Below, piece by piece: positions 1 through 9,865 of a stretch of 37,480 nt of DNA. The translations under genes and the position numbers were made by a program. Origin of the DNA: a virus. Its lineage: Duplodnaviria; Caudoviricetes. The stretch's first letter is position 1; each line of letters opens with the position of its first letter. The DNA is taken from positions 1-37,480 of the IMG/VR virus record IMGVR_UViG_3300031990_000005; one strand, 5' to 3'. The notes under the pieces are model-generated. The model did not search any database. It was not told where the DNA came from and saw only the letters and a program-made list of their open reading frames with translations.

Positions 1-111
1 GGGGGCAATGAGCCCGAGGTTCACTTGGCCCGAAAATTGCTTAGTTGATTCGCTTTTGCGAAGTTATTCGGCACACAAGCACGAACCGTGCCAACTGTTT
101 GCCGTCTGTCG

Positions 112-140
112 TTGCGCGTTTGCGAACTAAATGCGACAAT
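112..140 (+). promoter_or_regulatory. Putative sigma70-like promoter for terS-terL (TTGCGC-N17-GACAAT)
   Basis: TTGCGC at 112-117, 17-bp spacer, GACAAT at 135-140. ATG follows at 146 with no SD. Overlaps an operator-like palindrome (113-126). Confidence 0.5.
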
Positions 141-145
141 GCCGC

Positions 146-616
146 ATGGACGCAGACTTTGAACTCGACGACAACGGAACGGCGCACGTCATCCCTGCTA
201 GGGGCGGGCGACGAGAGGGCGCCGGTCGGCCGAAGGGCATGGGCAACGAACAGATGCAGGCGCGCGCGGCCGCAGCAGAGGCTGGTGAAGAAGAACTCGA
301 CCCGGAGTCCACCGATCGGCTGACGATCGCGGTGCGCAAGGCCAAGGCCGTCGCGCTGAAGGAAGAGTCGATAGCCGGCCTGAAGGCGCTGGAGCTCCAA
401 GTCGAGACTAAAAAGTACCTCCCGCGGGACGCCTACCGCGAGGCGACAGCGACACTGCTCGCCACGCTGTCGCAGGCGCTTCGCTCAATCCCCGACACTC
501 TGGAACGAAAGTACGGCCTACCCCCGGCCGCGCTGCAGTACGTCGAAGCCACGATAGACGAGCAACTGAGCAGCGCGGCTACAACACTGGCTCTGTTCGC
601 CGGCACAGAAGAATGA
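146..616 (+). CDS. terS: Terminase small subunit (lambda Nu1/DUF1441-like)
   Basis: ORF 131..616; ATG146 preferred because ATG131 lies inside the putative promoter. RGGRREGAGRPKG motif and helical C-terminus (LRSIPDTLERKYGLPP). ATGA overlap with terL. Confidence 0.8.
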   Translation: MDADFELDDNGTAHVIPARGGRREGAGRPKGMGNEQMQARAAAAEAGEEELDPESTDRLTIAVRKAKAVALKEESIAGLKALELQVETKKYLPRDAYREATATLLATLSQALRSIPDTLERKYGLPPAALQYVEATIDEQLSSAATTLALFAGTEE

Positions 617-2808
617 GCGCGGCCTACGCCACCGCGTTGGAAGACGCGTGCTCGGGCCACGCCGCACTGCGCCCACCTAATCGCGTTTCAGTCAGTGCGG
701 GGGCCATGCGAAACCTGGTCATCCAGCAACCCGGCGCACCGAAGGTTTCTTGGTCGGCCGACGAAACGCCCTACATGGTCGAGCCCATGGACGGTTTGTC
801 TAGCCGGACGGAAGAGGCTGTGGTGTTCGTCGGCCCGGCACGTACCGGCAAGACCGCCGGTCTGCTGCTTGGCTGGATGTCGCACAACGTAGTCAACGAC
901 CCGGGCGACATGCTGTTCATTCAGATGTCGAAGGACAAGGCGCGCGAGTTCTCCAAGACGGACGTCGACCGGGCGATACGCCACTCGCCACACATCCACG
1001 CGATGAAGTCAGACCGCGCCGTTGACAGCAACACCTTCGACAGCCTTTTCCGCCACGGCATGTGGCTGCGCATCGCCTGGCCTACAGTCAGCAACGTATC
1101 AGGCTCGACATACCGCTACGTGGCGATCACCGACATCGACCGGATCGAGAACGCCGAGAACGTGGACGGCGAAGGCCCGCTGTTCGACTTGGCCAAGAAA
1201 CGCACAACCACGTTTCTGAGCCGTGGCATGACGCTGGTCGAATCCAGCCCCGGCAAGCCGTTCGAGGATCCCAGCTGGAAACCGGCCACGCCGCACGAAG
1301 CCCCGCCGACCGGAGGCATTCTGTCGCTCTACAACCGCAGCGACCGCCGGCGCTTCTACTGGGCGTGCCCCGACTGTCACGGCCGCTTTGAGGCAGCCCC
1401 GGGCCTGAAGTTGTTCGCCCGCCTGCCCGACGACAAGACGCTGCTCGAAGAGGTTCGCACTGCCGACATCACCGCGATGGCCAAGCACTTCGGGTGCGTG
1501 GTCTGCCCACACTGCGGGTCTGAACCCGAGCACAAGCACAAAGGCCACCTGAACAAAGGTGGCATCTGGGTGCCGGACGGTGTGCGCTTCACCGACGGTG
1601 ACAACATGGTCGGCACGCCGATGACGTCAACCATCCGCGGCTACTGGCTCGGTGGTGTGGCAGCGGCGTACCAGTCCTGGACGTCGATTCTGGAACAGCA
1701 CCTGTACGGCCTGCGCGACTACGCGCTGACCGGAAGCGAAGAGAAGCTGAAACAGACGACCAACACCGACCAGGGCATGCCGTACATGCCGCGGCACATC
1801 GCCGAGGCCAAAGGTACGGGTGTCACGCCGCGCGACCGCGCGGAGAAGGACCTGGAGCGCTACGTCGCACCCGAGGCCGCGCGCATGGTGCTCGTGTCGG
1901 TCGACGTCCAGGGCGGCCAGAACGCCCGCTTCGATGTGCAGGTGCACGCTGTCGGCGTGGACGGCGAGCAGTGGGTTATCGACCGGTTCAAACTCACGAA
2001 AAGCAAGCGCGAGGGCGCCACTCTGGACGACTTCGCCCCGATCGACCCAGCCAGCTACCCCGAGGACTGGGACGTACTCACAGACCGCATCCTGACGGGC
2101 ACCTGGCGCACCACGATGCCGGGGCTGGAGATCAAACCGCTGGCCATGATCGTTGACACCGGTGGCGAGGCCGACAAAAAGAACTCCGACAAGACCAAAA
2201 GCGGCGTGACGCACAACGCCTACGCTTGGTTTCGGCGCATCCGCACGCTCGGGCTGGCCAAACGTGTGGCGCTCTACAAGGGCGGCAGCACACGCGACGC
2301 ACCGAACATGCGCGAGACCATGGTCGGCAAGATCGGCACCAAGGGGCGCAACGACATCCCCCTGCTCCACTGCAACCCGAACAAACTGTCGGACGAAGTT
2401 GACGCCGGCCTGCGGCGGCAGACACCCGGGCCGGGGTACATCCACTTCCCAGCCCCACGGCACCCAGTCAACAACCCGGACGGCTGGGTCAGCGACGCGT
2501 TTTTCGATGAACTGGAGGCCGAGGTTCGCGGGTCTGACGGGGTGTGGACCAAGCTGCGCGCGCGCAACGAGACGTTCGACCACTGCCGCATGATCCGCGC
2601 GCTGATGATCCACCTGGGTGTGTTTCGCGTGAAAGACTGGGGGCAGGTGCTGAAAGGCTTCGCACCGCTGGAGAAAAACAGCATGCTCGTGACGCGCGAC
2701 GACCGCCGCGAGCAGCAACAGAACACCACCGTGGCCGACACGCGCGCCCCCACACCGCAGATCGTCCCGCGGCGCAGGCCCCGCCGCTCGTCGGTTGCCG
2801 CGCTGTAG
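613..2808 (+). CDS. terL: Terminase large subunit, lambda gpA family
   Basis: 731 aa. ETPYMVEPMD, Walker A-like GPARTGKT, ESSPG, CPDC/CPHC zinc motifs, VDVQ nuclease acidic motif, RNETFD near the C-terminus. Confidence 0.95.
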   Translation: MSAAYATALEDACSGHAALRPPNRVSVSAGAMRNLVIQQPGAPKVSWSADETPYMVEPMDGLSSRTEEAVVFVGPARTGKTAGLLLGWMSHNVVNDPGDMLFIQMSKDKAREFSKTDVDRAIRHSPHIHAMKSDRAVDSNTFDSLFRHGMWLRIAWPTVSNVSGSTYRYVAITDIDRIENAENVDGEGPLFDLAKKRTTTFLSRGMTLVESSPGKPFEDPSWKPATPHEAPPTGGILSLYNRSDRRRFYWACPDCHGRFEAAPGLKLFARLPDDKTLLEEVRTADITAMAKHFGCVVCPHCGSEPEHKHKGHLNKGGIWVPDGVRFTDGDNMVGTPMTSTIRGYWLGGVAAAYQSWTSILEQHLYGLRDYALTGSEEKLKQTTNTDQGMPYMPRHIAEAKGTGVTPRDRAEKDLERYVAPEAARMVLVSVDVQGGQNARFDVQVHAVGVDGEQWVIDRFKLTKSKREGATLDDFAPIDPASYPEDWDVLTDRILTGTWRTTMPGLEIKPLAMIVDTGGEADKKNSDKTKSGVTHNAYAWFRRIRTLGLAKRVALYKGGSTRDAPNMRETMVGKIGTKGRNDIPLLHCNPNKLSDEVDAGLRRQTPGPGYIHFPAPRHPVNNPDGWVSDAFFDELEAEVRGSDGVWTKLRARNETFDHCRMIRALMIHLGVFRVKDWGQVLKGFAPLEKNSMLVTRDDRREQQQNTTVADTRAPTPQIVPRRRPRRSSVAAL

Positions 2809-2834
2809 TTTCGCACTTGCGATACACTGGCGCT

Positions 2835-3120
2835 GGACTTCATGGGATTTCCTACAAAACGGCGGCAGATAGTGATCTGCCTAGCCTCGGGCCAGTCCGA
2901 GGACCATCGTGAGTGCCTGTGCTGCTGTGGGATCTCGGCGGGGTACACGCAGGCACTCACGATGGTGGAACAGCCCGTGTGCGGAACCGTGAAACATGAG
3001 ATGACCCCCGTTTGCGGTGTGCGGCCAAGGGGTGACACGTAACGCCGACTGCAACCACCATCGACTTTTTCGCAGTTGTCTCCCTCCCTTTGACCCGGCC
3101 TCGTGCCGGGTTTCTTTTTA
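2835..3120 (+). ncRNA. Putative structured non-coding RNA between terL and gpW
   Basis: Consecutive hairpins (2864-2881, 2885-2902, and a perfect 17-bp stem 2903-2919/2950-2966), upstream -10-like TACACT (2823-2828) and a downstream intrinsic terminator. Boundaries approximate. Confidence 0.55.
3093..3119 (+). terminator. Rho-independent terminator
   Basis: ACCCGGC-CTCGT-GCCGGGT followed by TTCTTTTT. Confidence 0.8.
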
Positions 3121-3142
3121 CTTTCCGGGACTTTCGACTTTT

Positions 3143-3188
3143 TTGCGAAAAGTAACCGCAGTGGGCTTTTGCGACAGCACGCGACACT
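3143..3188 (+). promoter_or_regulatory. Late-promoter-like motif, copy 1 (upstream of gpW/portal)
   Basis: TTGCGAAA-N4-ACCGCAG-N21-GACACT; identical spacing in three other copies. Confidence 0.7.
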
Positions 3189-3195
3189 GCGCCCC

Positions 3196-3444
3196 ATGAG
3201 CACGACCCCAATTGTCGATACCGCCACGCTGCGCACCTATGTCGAGAAGCTGACCAAGGCTATCGGCAGCGGAGTTCGCTCGGTCACCCTTGGCGGTCAA
3301 ACCATCACCTACAACACATCGGCGAGCCTGATCGAGGCGCGAGACAACATGGTGAAGCAGATACAGAAACAGGAAGCTGCCGCAGCCCCCAACAAGCGCT
3401 CGCGCCAATCCTATGCCGTCTACGGCGGGCGGGACTACAACTGA
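3196..3444 (+). CDS. Head-tail joining protein, gpW-like
   Basis: From ATG3196 (MSTTPIV...). KLTKAIGSGVRSVTLGGQTITY pattern; lies between TerL and portal with a TGATG overlap. Confidence 0.8.
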   Translation: MSTTPIVDTATLRTYVEKLTKAIGSGVRSVTLGGQTITYNTSASLIEARDNMVKQIQKQEAAAAPNKRSRQSYAVYGGRDYN

Positions 3445-5411
3445 TGGCCAAATTCAGCGTGAACGGCAAGCGCATGGGGCGCCCGCCGAAACAGAAGCCG
3501 GAAGCAGTCACCCCGCAAGAGGCCGCGATCGGCCGCGCAGCACTGGCTTTCCTGAACCGGTACGACGCCGCAGGCAAGGGTCGTCGCATGGCCGGCTGGA
3601 CCCCACCGAGCAGTGGGCCAAACCGGGCGATTGAAGGTCTGCAGACCCTGCGGGACCGGTCCAGCGACGCTGTGCGCAACGACTGGTCAGGCGAGTCGCT
3701 GATCCAGAAGTGGGCCACCACCCTGATCGGCATCGCGATCACGCCGCGCTTCAGCCGCATCAAAGATAAAAACCGACGCCAAGAGGTCAACGACATTCTG
3801 GCCGATTTCGTGAAGCAGGCCGACGCCGACTGCGTGCTCGACCTCTACGGTATGCAGACGCTGGCGGTGCGCTCCTGGCTGGAGCGCGGCGAGATGTTCG
3901 GACGTCGGCGCTACCGCCGCACGGACGACGGCCTGCGCGTGCCGATGCAGGTCCAGTTGCTCGAAGCCGACATGGTCCCGCTGTTCGATGCGACGACCTA
4001 CCCCGGACTGCTCGCGCGCAACGAGATCCGGTCGGGCATCGAGTTCGACACCCGCGGCCGGCGCGTCGCCTACTGGGTGTTCAAGCGACACCCGGGCGAC
4101 AACTACACAGGCAGTGTGCCTGCGGCAGACAACCTCGTGCGCGTCCCGGCCGAGGACATGTTCCACCTGTACGAGCCCAAGCGCATCGGCCAGCTGAGGG
4201 GTGTTCCTATCTTGGCGCCGATCCTGGCCCGCCTGCGCGGGATCAACGACTACGAGGACGTCACCCTGGAGCGCCAGAAGATCGCCAACCTGTTCGTGGC
4301 CTTCATCTCGCGCACGCTCCCGCCGGTGGATCCGACCGACCCCAATGCAGGCGCACTCAGCGGGCTGGAGTCTGCGATCGACGCTGACGGCTCACCGCTT
4401 CAGCCTATGAAAGCCGGCTTGCTGCAAGAGCTCGACGACGGCCAGGACGTGAAATTCGCCAACCCGCCGGATCCTGCGACCAACTACGCCGAGTACATGC
4501 GCACGTCACATCTCGGCACGGCCGCCGGTGCTGGTATGCCCTACGAGCTATTCAGCGGCGACCTGGCGGGGGTGAGCGACCGCGCGCTGCGCGTGCTCAT
4601 GAACGAACTGCGCCGATTCGCAGCACAGCGCCAGTGGCAGATCATCATCCCGCAGATGTGCCAGAAGGTGATTGAGTGGTTCGGCGACGCGGCCGTCCTC
4701 GCCAACCTGATCACGCTCGACGAGCGCGATGCGGTCGTGCGCTGCCAGCACTCGCCGCACGGCTTCGAGTACATCCACCCAGTGCAGGACGTGCAGGGCA
4801 AGGCCCTGGAAGTGCAAAACGGATTCCGCAGCCGCGCCAGCGTTGTCGGCCAAAAAGGCGACGACCCCGACATGGTCGACCAGGAGCGCGCGGAGGACAT
4901 GGCGCGGGAAGAATCGCTCGGCCTGCCGATCAGCGGCCTCCCGGCCGGCATGGCGCAGCCGGGCGAAGAGGTACCGATCGACAGCCCAGAGAAAAAGGTC
5001 AACGTCGACGAGGCGCAGGCCCGCACGCAGTGGTTCATGGCCCAGGCGAACGCGCTGACCCGCCCCGCCCCTGCCCCAGCGCCTGTGCAACCAACAGACC
5101 CGGTGCAGGTCACGCTGCACAACCACCAGCCGTCGATCACGATGACGAACCACGTGCCAGCACCGGACGTCACGGTCAACAACCAGGTCGAGCCCACGCC
5201 GGTGAACGTGGTCAACGAAGTTCGGCCGACCAACGTCGTGGTCGAGAACAACGTCGCTGCGCCAATGGTCAACGTGGTCAACGAGGTGCAGCCGAACGAC
5301 GTGAATGTGCATCTGCCGGCGCGGCAGACCAGCAGCACCGTCAAGTACAACAGCAAGGGTGAGATCACGTCGGTGCAGCAGATCGAGACTGACGTCGAGG
5401 GTGCTGAGTGA
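3444..5411 (+). CDS. Portal protein, lambda family, with long repetitive C-terminal extension
   Basis: 655 aa. LRDRSSDAVRND, QVQLLEADM, GIEFDTRGRRVAYW, RIGQLRGVP, MPYELFSGDL, YIHPVQDV motifs. Confidence 0.93.
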   Translation: MAKFSVNGKRMGRPPKQKPEAVTPQEAAIGRAALAFLNRYDAAGKGRRMAGWTPPSSGPNRAIEGLQTLRDRSSDAVRNDWSGESLIQKWATTLIGIAITPRFSRIKDKNRRQEVNDILADFVKQADADCVLDLYGMQTLAVRSWLERGEMFGRRRYRRTDDGLRVPMQVQLLEADMVPLFDATTYPGLLARNEIRSGIEFDTRGRRVAYWVFKRHPGDNYTGSVPAADNLVRVPAEDMFHLYEPKRIGQLRGVPILAPILARLRGINDYEDVTLERQKIANLFVAFISRTLPPVDPTDPNAGALSGLESAIDADGSPLQPMKAGLLQELDDGQDVKFANPPDPATNYAEYMRTSHLGTAAGAGMPYELFSGDLAGVSDRALRVLMNELRRFAAQRQWQIIIPQMCQKVIEWFGDAAVLANLITLDERDAVVRCQHSPHGFEYIHPVQDVQGKALEVQNGFRSRASVVGQKGDDPDMVDQERAEDMAREESLGLPISGLPAGMAQPGEEVPIDSPEKKVNVDEAQARTQWFMAQANALTRPAPAPAPVQPTDPVQVTLHNHQPSITMTNHVPAPDVTVNNQVEPTPVNVVNEVRPTNVVVENNVAAPMVNVVNEVQPNDVNVHLPARQTSSTVKYNSKGEITSVQQIETDVEGAE

Positions 5412-7972
5412 CCACCTACACCATCACCGGTGCCAGTACCCTGCGTGCCCTGGGCACGGCGCGCACTGGCGGCGACATCTACAACGTCAACGGGGGATCA
5501 CTGGTCATCGACCAAGACACAAGGTACGGGCTGGGTGGTGGTGCGGCCTTCAGCCTGGGGGCCATGACGATCAGCGCCACTTTGGGCGGGCTTATCGAAG
5601 TGGACGCGCGTAGTGTGAGGCTTGTGCCATACACGGGTGGCAGCGGCACGATCACGGCGGGTTCTACCATCACCTGCGGTGGGGCCACAGGCATCGTCAT
5701 CGGCTTGTATTCCGCGATCAACGTCGCACCGGTGCTCACGGGCGTTGCCGCAGGCTGGATCAAGGTCACGGGGTGGAACGGTGTGGCTTTCCCGACATCG
5801 GGCGCCTTCACGCAAGCGGGCTTCACCTTCACCCTGAACGGCGCGGACAAGGCCGGGTTCATTGAGTTGGTGGGTGACGAAGGTGCTACCTGCACAGTAC
5901 CCCGCCTGGGCACGTTTCGCATGCGGGGCGAGTGGTTCGACGTAGGCACCACCAGCGGTAGCAACGCCACCACCTACCAGCTTCCAACCAACGGCTCAGT
6001 GCAGTATTTTCCGGGCGTGCAGGTCGAAACGTCTGTGGGCTCTGGGGTGTTTGAGTGGTATCCGTGTGCAGGATCCCTCGTGGCGGCCGCATCGACAGCT
6101 ACAGATGCCGTGCGTGGCAAAGTCTGCTGGATCAGCACCGCTGGCGTGCTGCGCCTTGGGTCTGACGGCACCAACTCGGTGGGCTACGTGCCTCCAGTTG
6201 GACTCAAGATTCGCGTGCCCAACATCATCACGGCTAACTGCACCACCGCTGCCCGCACGACCAACGCCCTGCCAAATGCCACCTTGGCGACTCGGTATGA
6301 CTTCACGACCACCAGTGCGGGTGTGATCGACATTGAGAAAGCAAACCTCGCGTAGTATCCCAGCTTTGCGCAGCCGTTCAGCGTGCGGCTGTATGACGTG
6401 GGCATCCAAGAGCAGTTGCTGGTGTCAGAGATTGCATCGCCCATAGACTGGGCGCGGGTGTGCGTAGGGCAGAGCGCCGCGCAGGCGCAGTTTGCCCTGT
6501 CGATGTCGCTGTGCTTCGCTGGCGGTGCGGCCACCGACTGCGTGTGGACCAGTGCGTCTCTGGCAGCCAGCGGGCGGTACACGCGAGCCTTGACCGATGT
6601 GACCGGCGTCACTTGGACGCGCGATCACTCAGCGTCTCGCGTGCTGCGCGGCAACGCAACGACGGGTGATGCAACGCTGACGCGCGTCAACAACTGCAAC
6701 TGGGTGACACCCACGTTCGGCGTTGGCCGGCAGCTGATTACTACCTGTTCAGACCTGAACTTCTCGGGCACCACCTACTACGACGGGCCTGGAACAACCA
6801 CAGGCACAACCAACCCGATGCACGCCTTCGACCCTGCGTCGAACAGCCAGCGCATCACCATCGACGGCATCACGTTCGGCGGGCTGACCAACGTCCAGCC
6901 TTACAACGGTCTGCTGAACATCGCCACCGCAGGGTGCAAAACGATCAAGCTGCGCAATGTAGGCACCCGCGCCGCGCCGCTCAGTCTGGGTAGCACCAAC
7001 GGCAGCGCCCACACCTTCGTCCTGGCCGCAGGCGCGGCGGCGGACGACGTGCGCATTCAACGCGTCTACACCACCGGCACCCGCACTAGCTTCTACACGA
7101 TGGACAACTCGTCCAAAAACGTGGTGATCGAAAACAGCCAGGGGGACTACGCCGACGCCCCTGTCACACCGGGCTTGAACGTGCGGCACAAGGGTGTTGG
7201 TTGCACCCACGCCATGACGGCCCAGACCAGTTGCTACGGCACCCACTGGTTCGATATTTTCACAAGCGCAACAGCGGGTCGCATAGGCGTGCTCATGAAC
7301 GAGGCCACAGCCGACACCACCGATCAGGTGTCGCTCACCGGCGGCGCAGCGTTCACCAGTGCAGGCGGTCTGTACATGCCAGTGATCGGGCACAGCGCAA
7401 CCTTCACCATGCCGTACTCGGCGCTGGGGCACACCGCGTTCGCCAACTCCCCGCTGGTGATGGCTGGCGGCTCTGCGGGCAACTACACCTACGCCTGGCA
7501 GGCCGACACCGGCTCAGGCTTCGGCGCCTGGTCTGCCGAGTTGACGGCGGCCGCCCTTGGTACGGCGCTCAGCGGCCTGGGCGCCATCAACCCAGCCACG
7601 GGCGTGCGCCTCAAGCTGCGCATCACCACCTCGGTGACCAACGCCACAGCGATCACCAGCGTCTACCTCGTCACTGCCACCACGGCGGCGGCGCAAGACA
7701 ACCAGTACCCGCTAGACACCAACACCGTCACGTTCACCGGCCTGCCCACGGGCACCGATGTGGTGGTGCTGCAGGCGGGCACCAGCACGATCCTGGCCCA
7801 GCAAGACGAAGGCGCAGGCAGCATCTACGCCTTTACCTACGCGGGGGCTCAGACCGTAGATGTTGGCTTCCTGAAGGCGGGATATGTCCCGCTGTACATC
7901 CGGGGCCTCGCGCTCACCACAGTCGATTCCGCAATTCCGGTGGCCATGTCCGCCGACCGCAACTACACCTAA
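5408..7972 (+). CDS. Large Thr/Gly/Ala-rich virion-like protein interrupted by an in-frame TAG at 6353-6355 (readthrough, nonsense mutation or sequencing error)
   Basis: ORFs 5408..6355 and 6383..7972 are in the same frame with one stop between them (...EKANLA*YPSFAQPFSVRLYD...). No SD before GTG6383. GTGA overlap with the portal stop. Confidence 0.65.
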
Positions 7973-7984
7973 ACGGAGCCCACC

Positions 7985-9328
7985 ATGCCAAAAATCATCA
8001 GCAAAGCACTGCTCAACGTCGGCACCGAACTGACCATCAACGAGCCCCTGCGCACCATCACGCTCAATGCCGCCGGCAACCTGGTCGCCAAGGATGGCGT
8101 TACCTGGCAGGCTCTGTACTCCAAGTTGGTGGATCTGTGGACCACGGCCACCTACCAGGACAGCCCGTTCCCCGCATACGCGATTGACGCGCTCTCTGGC
8201 CAGTTTCAGATCGGCACTGACGGCGCGACCTTCAGCGGCTGGACCTTCGCCAACGACGCCACACGCCAGATGTTGCGCGACGGCGGCTGGTCTGAGTTCA
8301 GCGGTGCCGGTGTGCTGCAGCGCCAGTACGTAGGCATCGTGGGCCTTGGTGGCGTTTCTGCCGGTGCACAGTTGTACTACCAGCGCACCGCCGTCGAAGC
8401 ACCAAGCAACTTCACGTTCACCGACCAGTGCAACGAGGGCATTCAGGTTTTTGGCGACGCCACAAATGGCAACTTCGACACCCGTGCCTATTTCAAGGGC
8501 TTCGTGCGCGAGCAGGGCAAAAAGTACCGAGATTCGGTGTTGGCTGACACCGGCAAGACCGCGACGGGAGCGTACATCGTCAACATGCTGTTGTCGAACG
8601 AAGACGACTTGAAGATCCAGGCGCTTGACGCCGCCATGACCGGAGCACCCTACAACAACATCACGATCACGTACTTCGGGGTGGACCAGAACCGCCTGAT
8701 TGGCGGCATCAACTACCCGTTCCGTGTGATCATCGCGGGCAACGGCGCCACGCTGGAGCAGATTTACACCAAAGTCCAGTACCTGCTGCGCCAGGCCACC
8801 GACATCGACAGCGGTGCGGGGACTGTGATCGGAAAAACCGCAGCGGCGCTGCTGGCCTTCGTGGGCGACCAACTGGAGACGACAACCGGAGTCTACATCG
8901 ACAACATCCAGTCGGCGGACAGCAACCGCGTGGTGTTCAAAGACCAGAACGGCGTCAACCGCACCAACCCCTACCAAGCCGCCGGAACGATCACCTTCAA
9001 CAGCGTGCTCGTTGGCGCGGGCAGTGCCTACCGCCTGATGTTCAGCGCCCCTGCCGGCGCGGGCAATGACTACGGCGAGGCCGGTGCCATCACGGTGCTG
9101 GACGCAGCAGGAAACCCAATCGCAGGCGCGATCTCGGCCGGCTCGATCGGCTTCTCTTTCGACTACGACGGCGACACCGTTGGAGGCACCGCAGGCACCG
9201 ACAAAGCTGTCACGCTGATCGGCATCCGCCCGGGATATGGAAAATTCGCGGCGGCCACCGGCCTGCTGACCCGCAGCAAGGGCATCAGCCTCTCGCTCGT
9301 CGCCGAGCAGGATCGCGTTTACGCATAA
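7985..9328 (+). CDS. Hypothetical virion structural protein
   Basis: 447 aa, SD GGAG upstream, beta-rich Gly/Thr/Asn composition, phage-like codon use. Confidence 0.7.
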   Translation: MPKIISKALLNVGTELTINEPLRTITLNAAGNLVAKDGVTWQALYSKLVDLWTTATYQDSPFPAYAIDALSGQFQIGTDGATFSGWTFANDATRQMLRDGGWSEFSGAGVLQRQYVGIVGLGGVSAGAQLYYQRTAVEAPSNFTFTDQCNEGIQVFGDATNGNFDTRAYFKGFVREQGKKYRDSVLADTGKTATGAYIVNMLLSNEDDLKIQALDAAMTGAPYNNITITYFGVDQNRLIGGINYPFRVIIAGNGATLEQIYTKVQYLLRQATDIDSGAGTVIGKTAAALLAFVGDQLETTTGVYIDNIQSADSNRVVFKDQNGVNRTNPYQAAGTITFNSVLVGAGSAYRLMFSAPAGAGNDYGEAGAITVLDAAGNPIAGAISAGSIGFSFDYDGDTVGGTAGTDKAVTLIGIRPGYGKFAAATGLLTRSKGISLSLVAEQDRVYA

Positions 9329-9334
9329 GCGCAC

Positions 9335-9865
9335 ATGCCTATCGTCATCGACCCTGTGAACCGGCGCATCGTGCTCGACAGCACGAGCGTCACTGCGCGC
9401 GAGATGTACAGCGCGTGGGTGGACTGGCTCACGCTTGCCGACAACACCAAGTTCCTGCCGGCGTTTCGGTCGGTTGGCGGTGACGACTTGGGTGGTGGGC
9501 TTCTTATACCGCCTTACTATTTCCTGACAAACGGGTGGCGCGTGCGGCCGATGGAAGCAAACCAGACCCTGACGGTCGAGGGCAACCTGTTCGTGGACGG
9601 TGGTGGTGACCCCATCGTGCCAACACTCGGGGCCTTCAACGTCCTGACTAAGCTGGTGGTGCCCGTGCAGGCCCAGGGCATCAACACCGGGTCCGTGGTG
9701 GCCGGGCTAACCCCAGCGCAGGAACTGCTACTAATGCGCTTGGCACTGATCAATGGCCTGGTGGATGGTGTGCCCGCGGTTGTCACGCCGACATCGCGCA
9801 GTGCGGGCGCTGTGAGCCAAACCATCATCGAGGACGGCGACCAGGTCACCGTCGCGCTCCAGTGA
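9335..9865 (+). CDS. Hypothetical virion-associated protein; N-terminus resembles that of 7985..9328
   Basis: 176 aa, tightly packed in the operon. SVTAREMYSAWVDW versus GVTWQALYSKLVDLW. Confidence 0.65.
   Translation: MPIVIDPVNRRIVLDSTSVTAREMYSAWVDWLTLADNTKFLPAFRSVGGDDLGGGLLIPPYYFLTNGWRVRPMEANQTLTVEGNLFVDGGGDPIVPTLGAFNVLTKLVVPVQAQGINTGSVVAGLTPAQELLLMRLALINGLVDGVPAVVTPTSRSAGAVSQTIIEDGDQVTVALQ

Noticed and set aside
1-48. Possible cos end at the window start
   Set aside because: The position upstream of terS and the gpA-type terminase are compatible, but no known cos sequence was recognised and the window edge may be arbitrary.
2842-3042. 66-aa Cys-rich ORF between terL and gpW
   Set aside because: No convincing SD, atypical composition, and it lies across strong hairpins. 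An RNA element is the better explanation, though the ORF is not formally excluded.
6353-6355. Genome-wide TAG reassignment (alternative genetic code)
   Set aside because: Only one internal TAG was seen. TAG ends terL (2806-2808), the SLOG gene (28958) and the methyltransferase (31097) at plausible positions, and no suppressor tRNA was seen.
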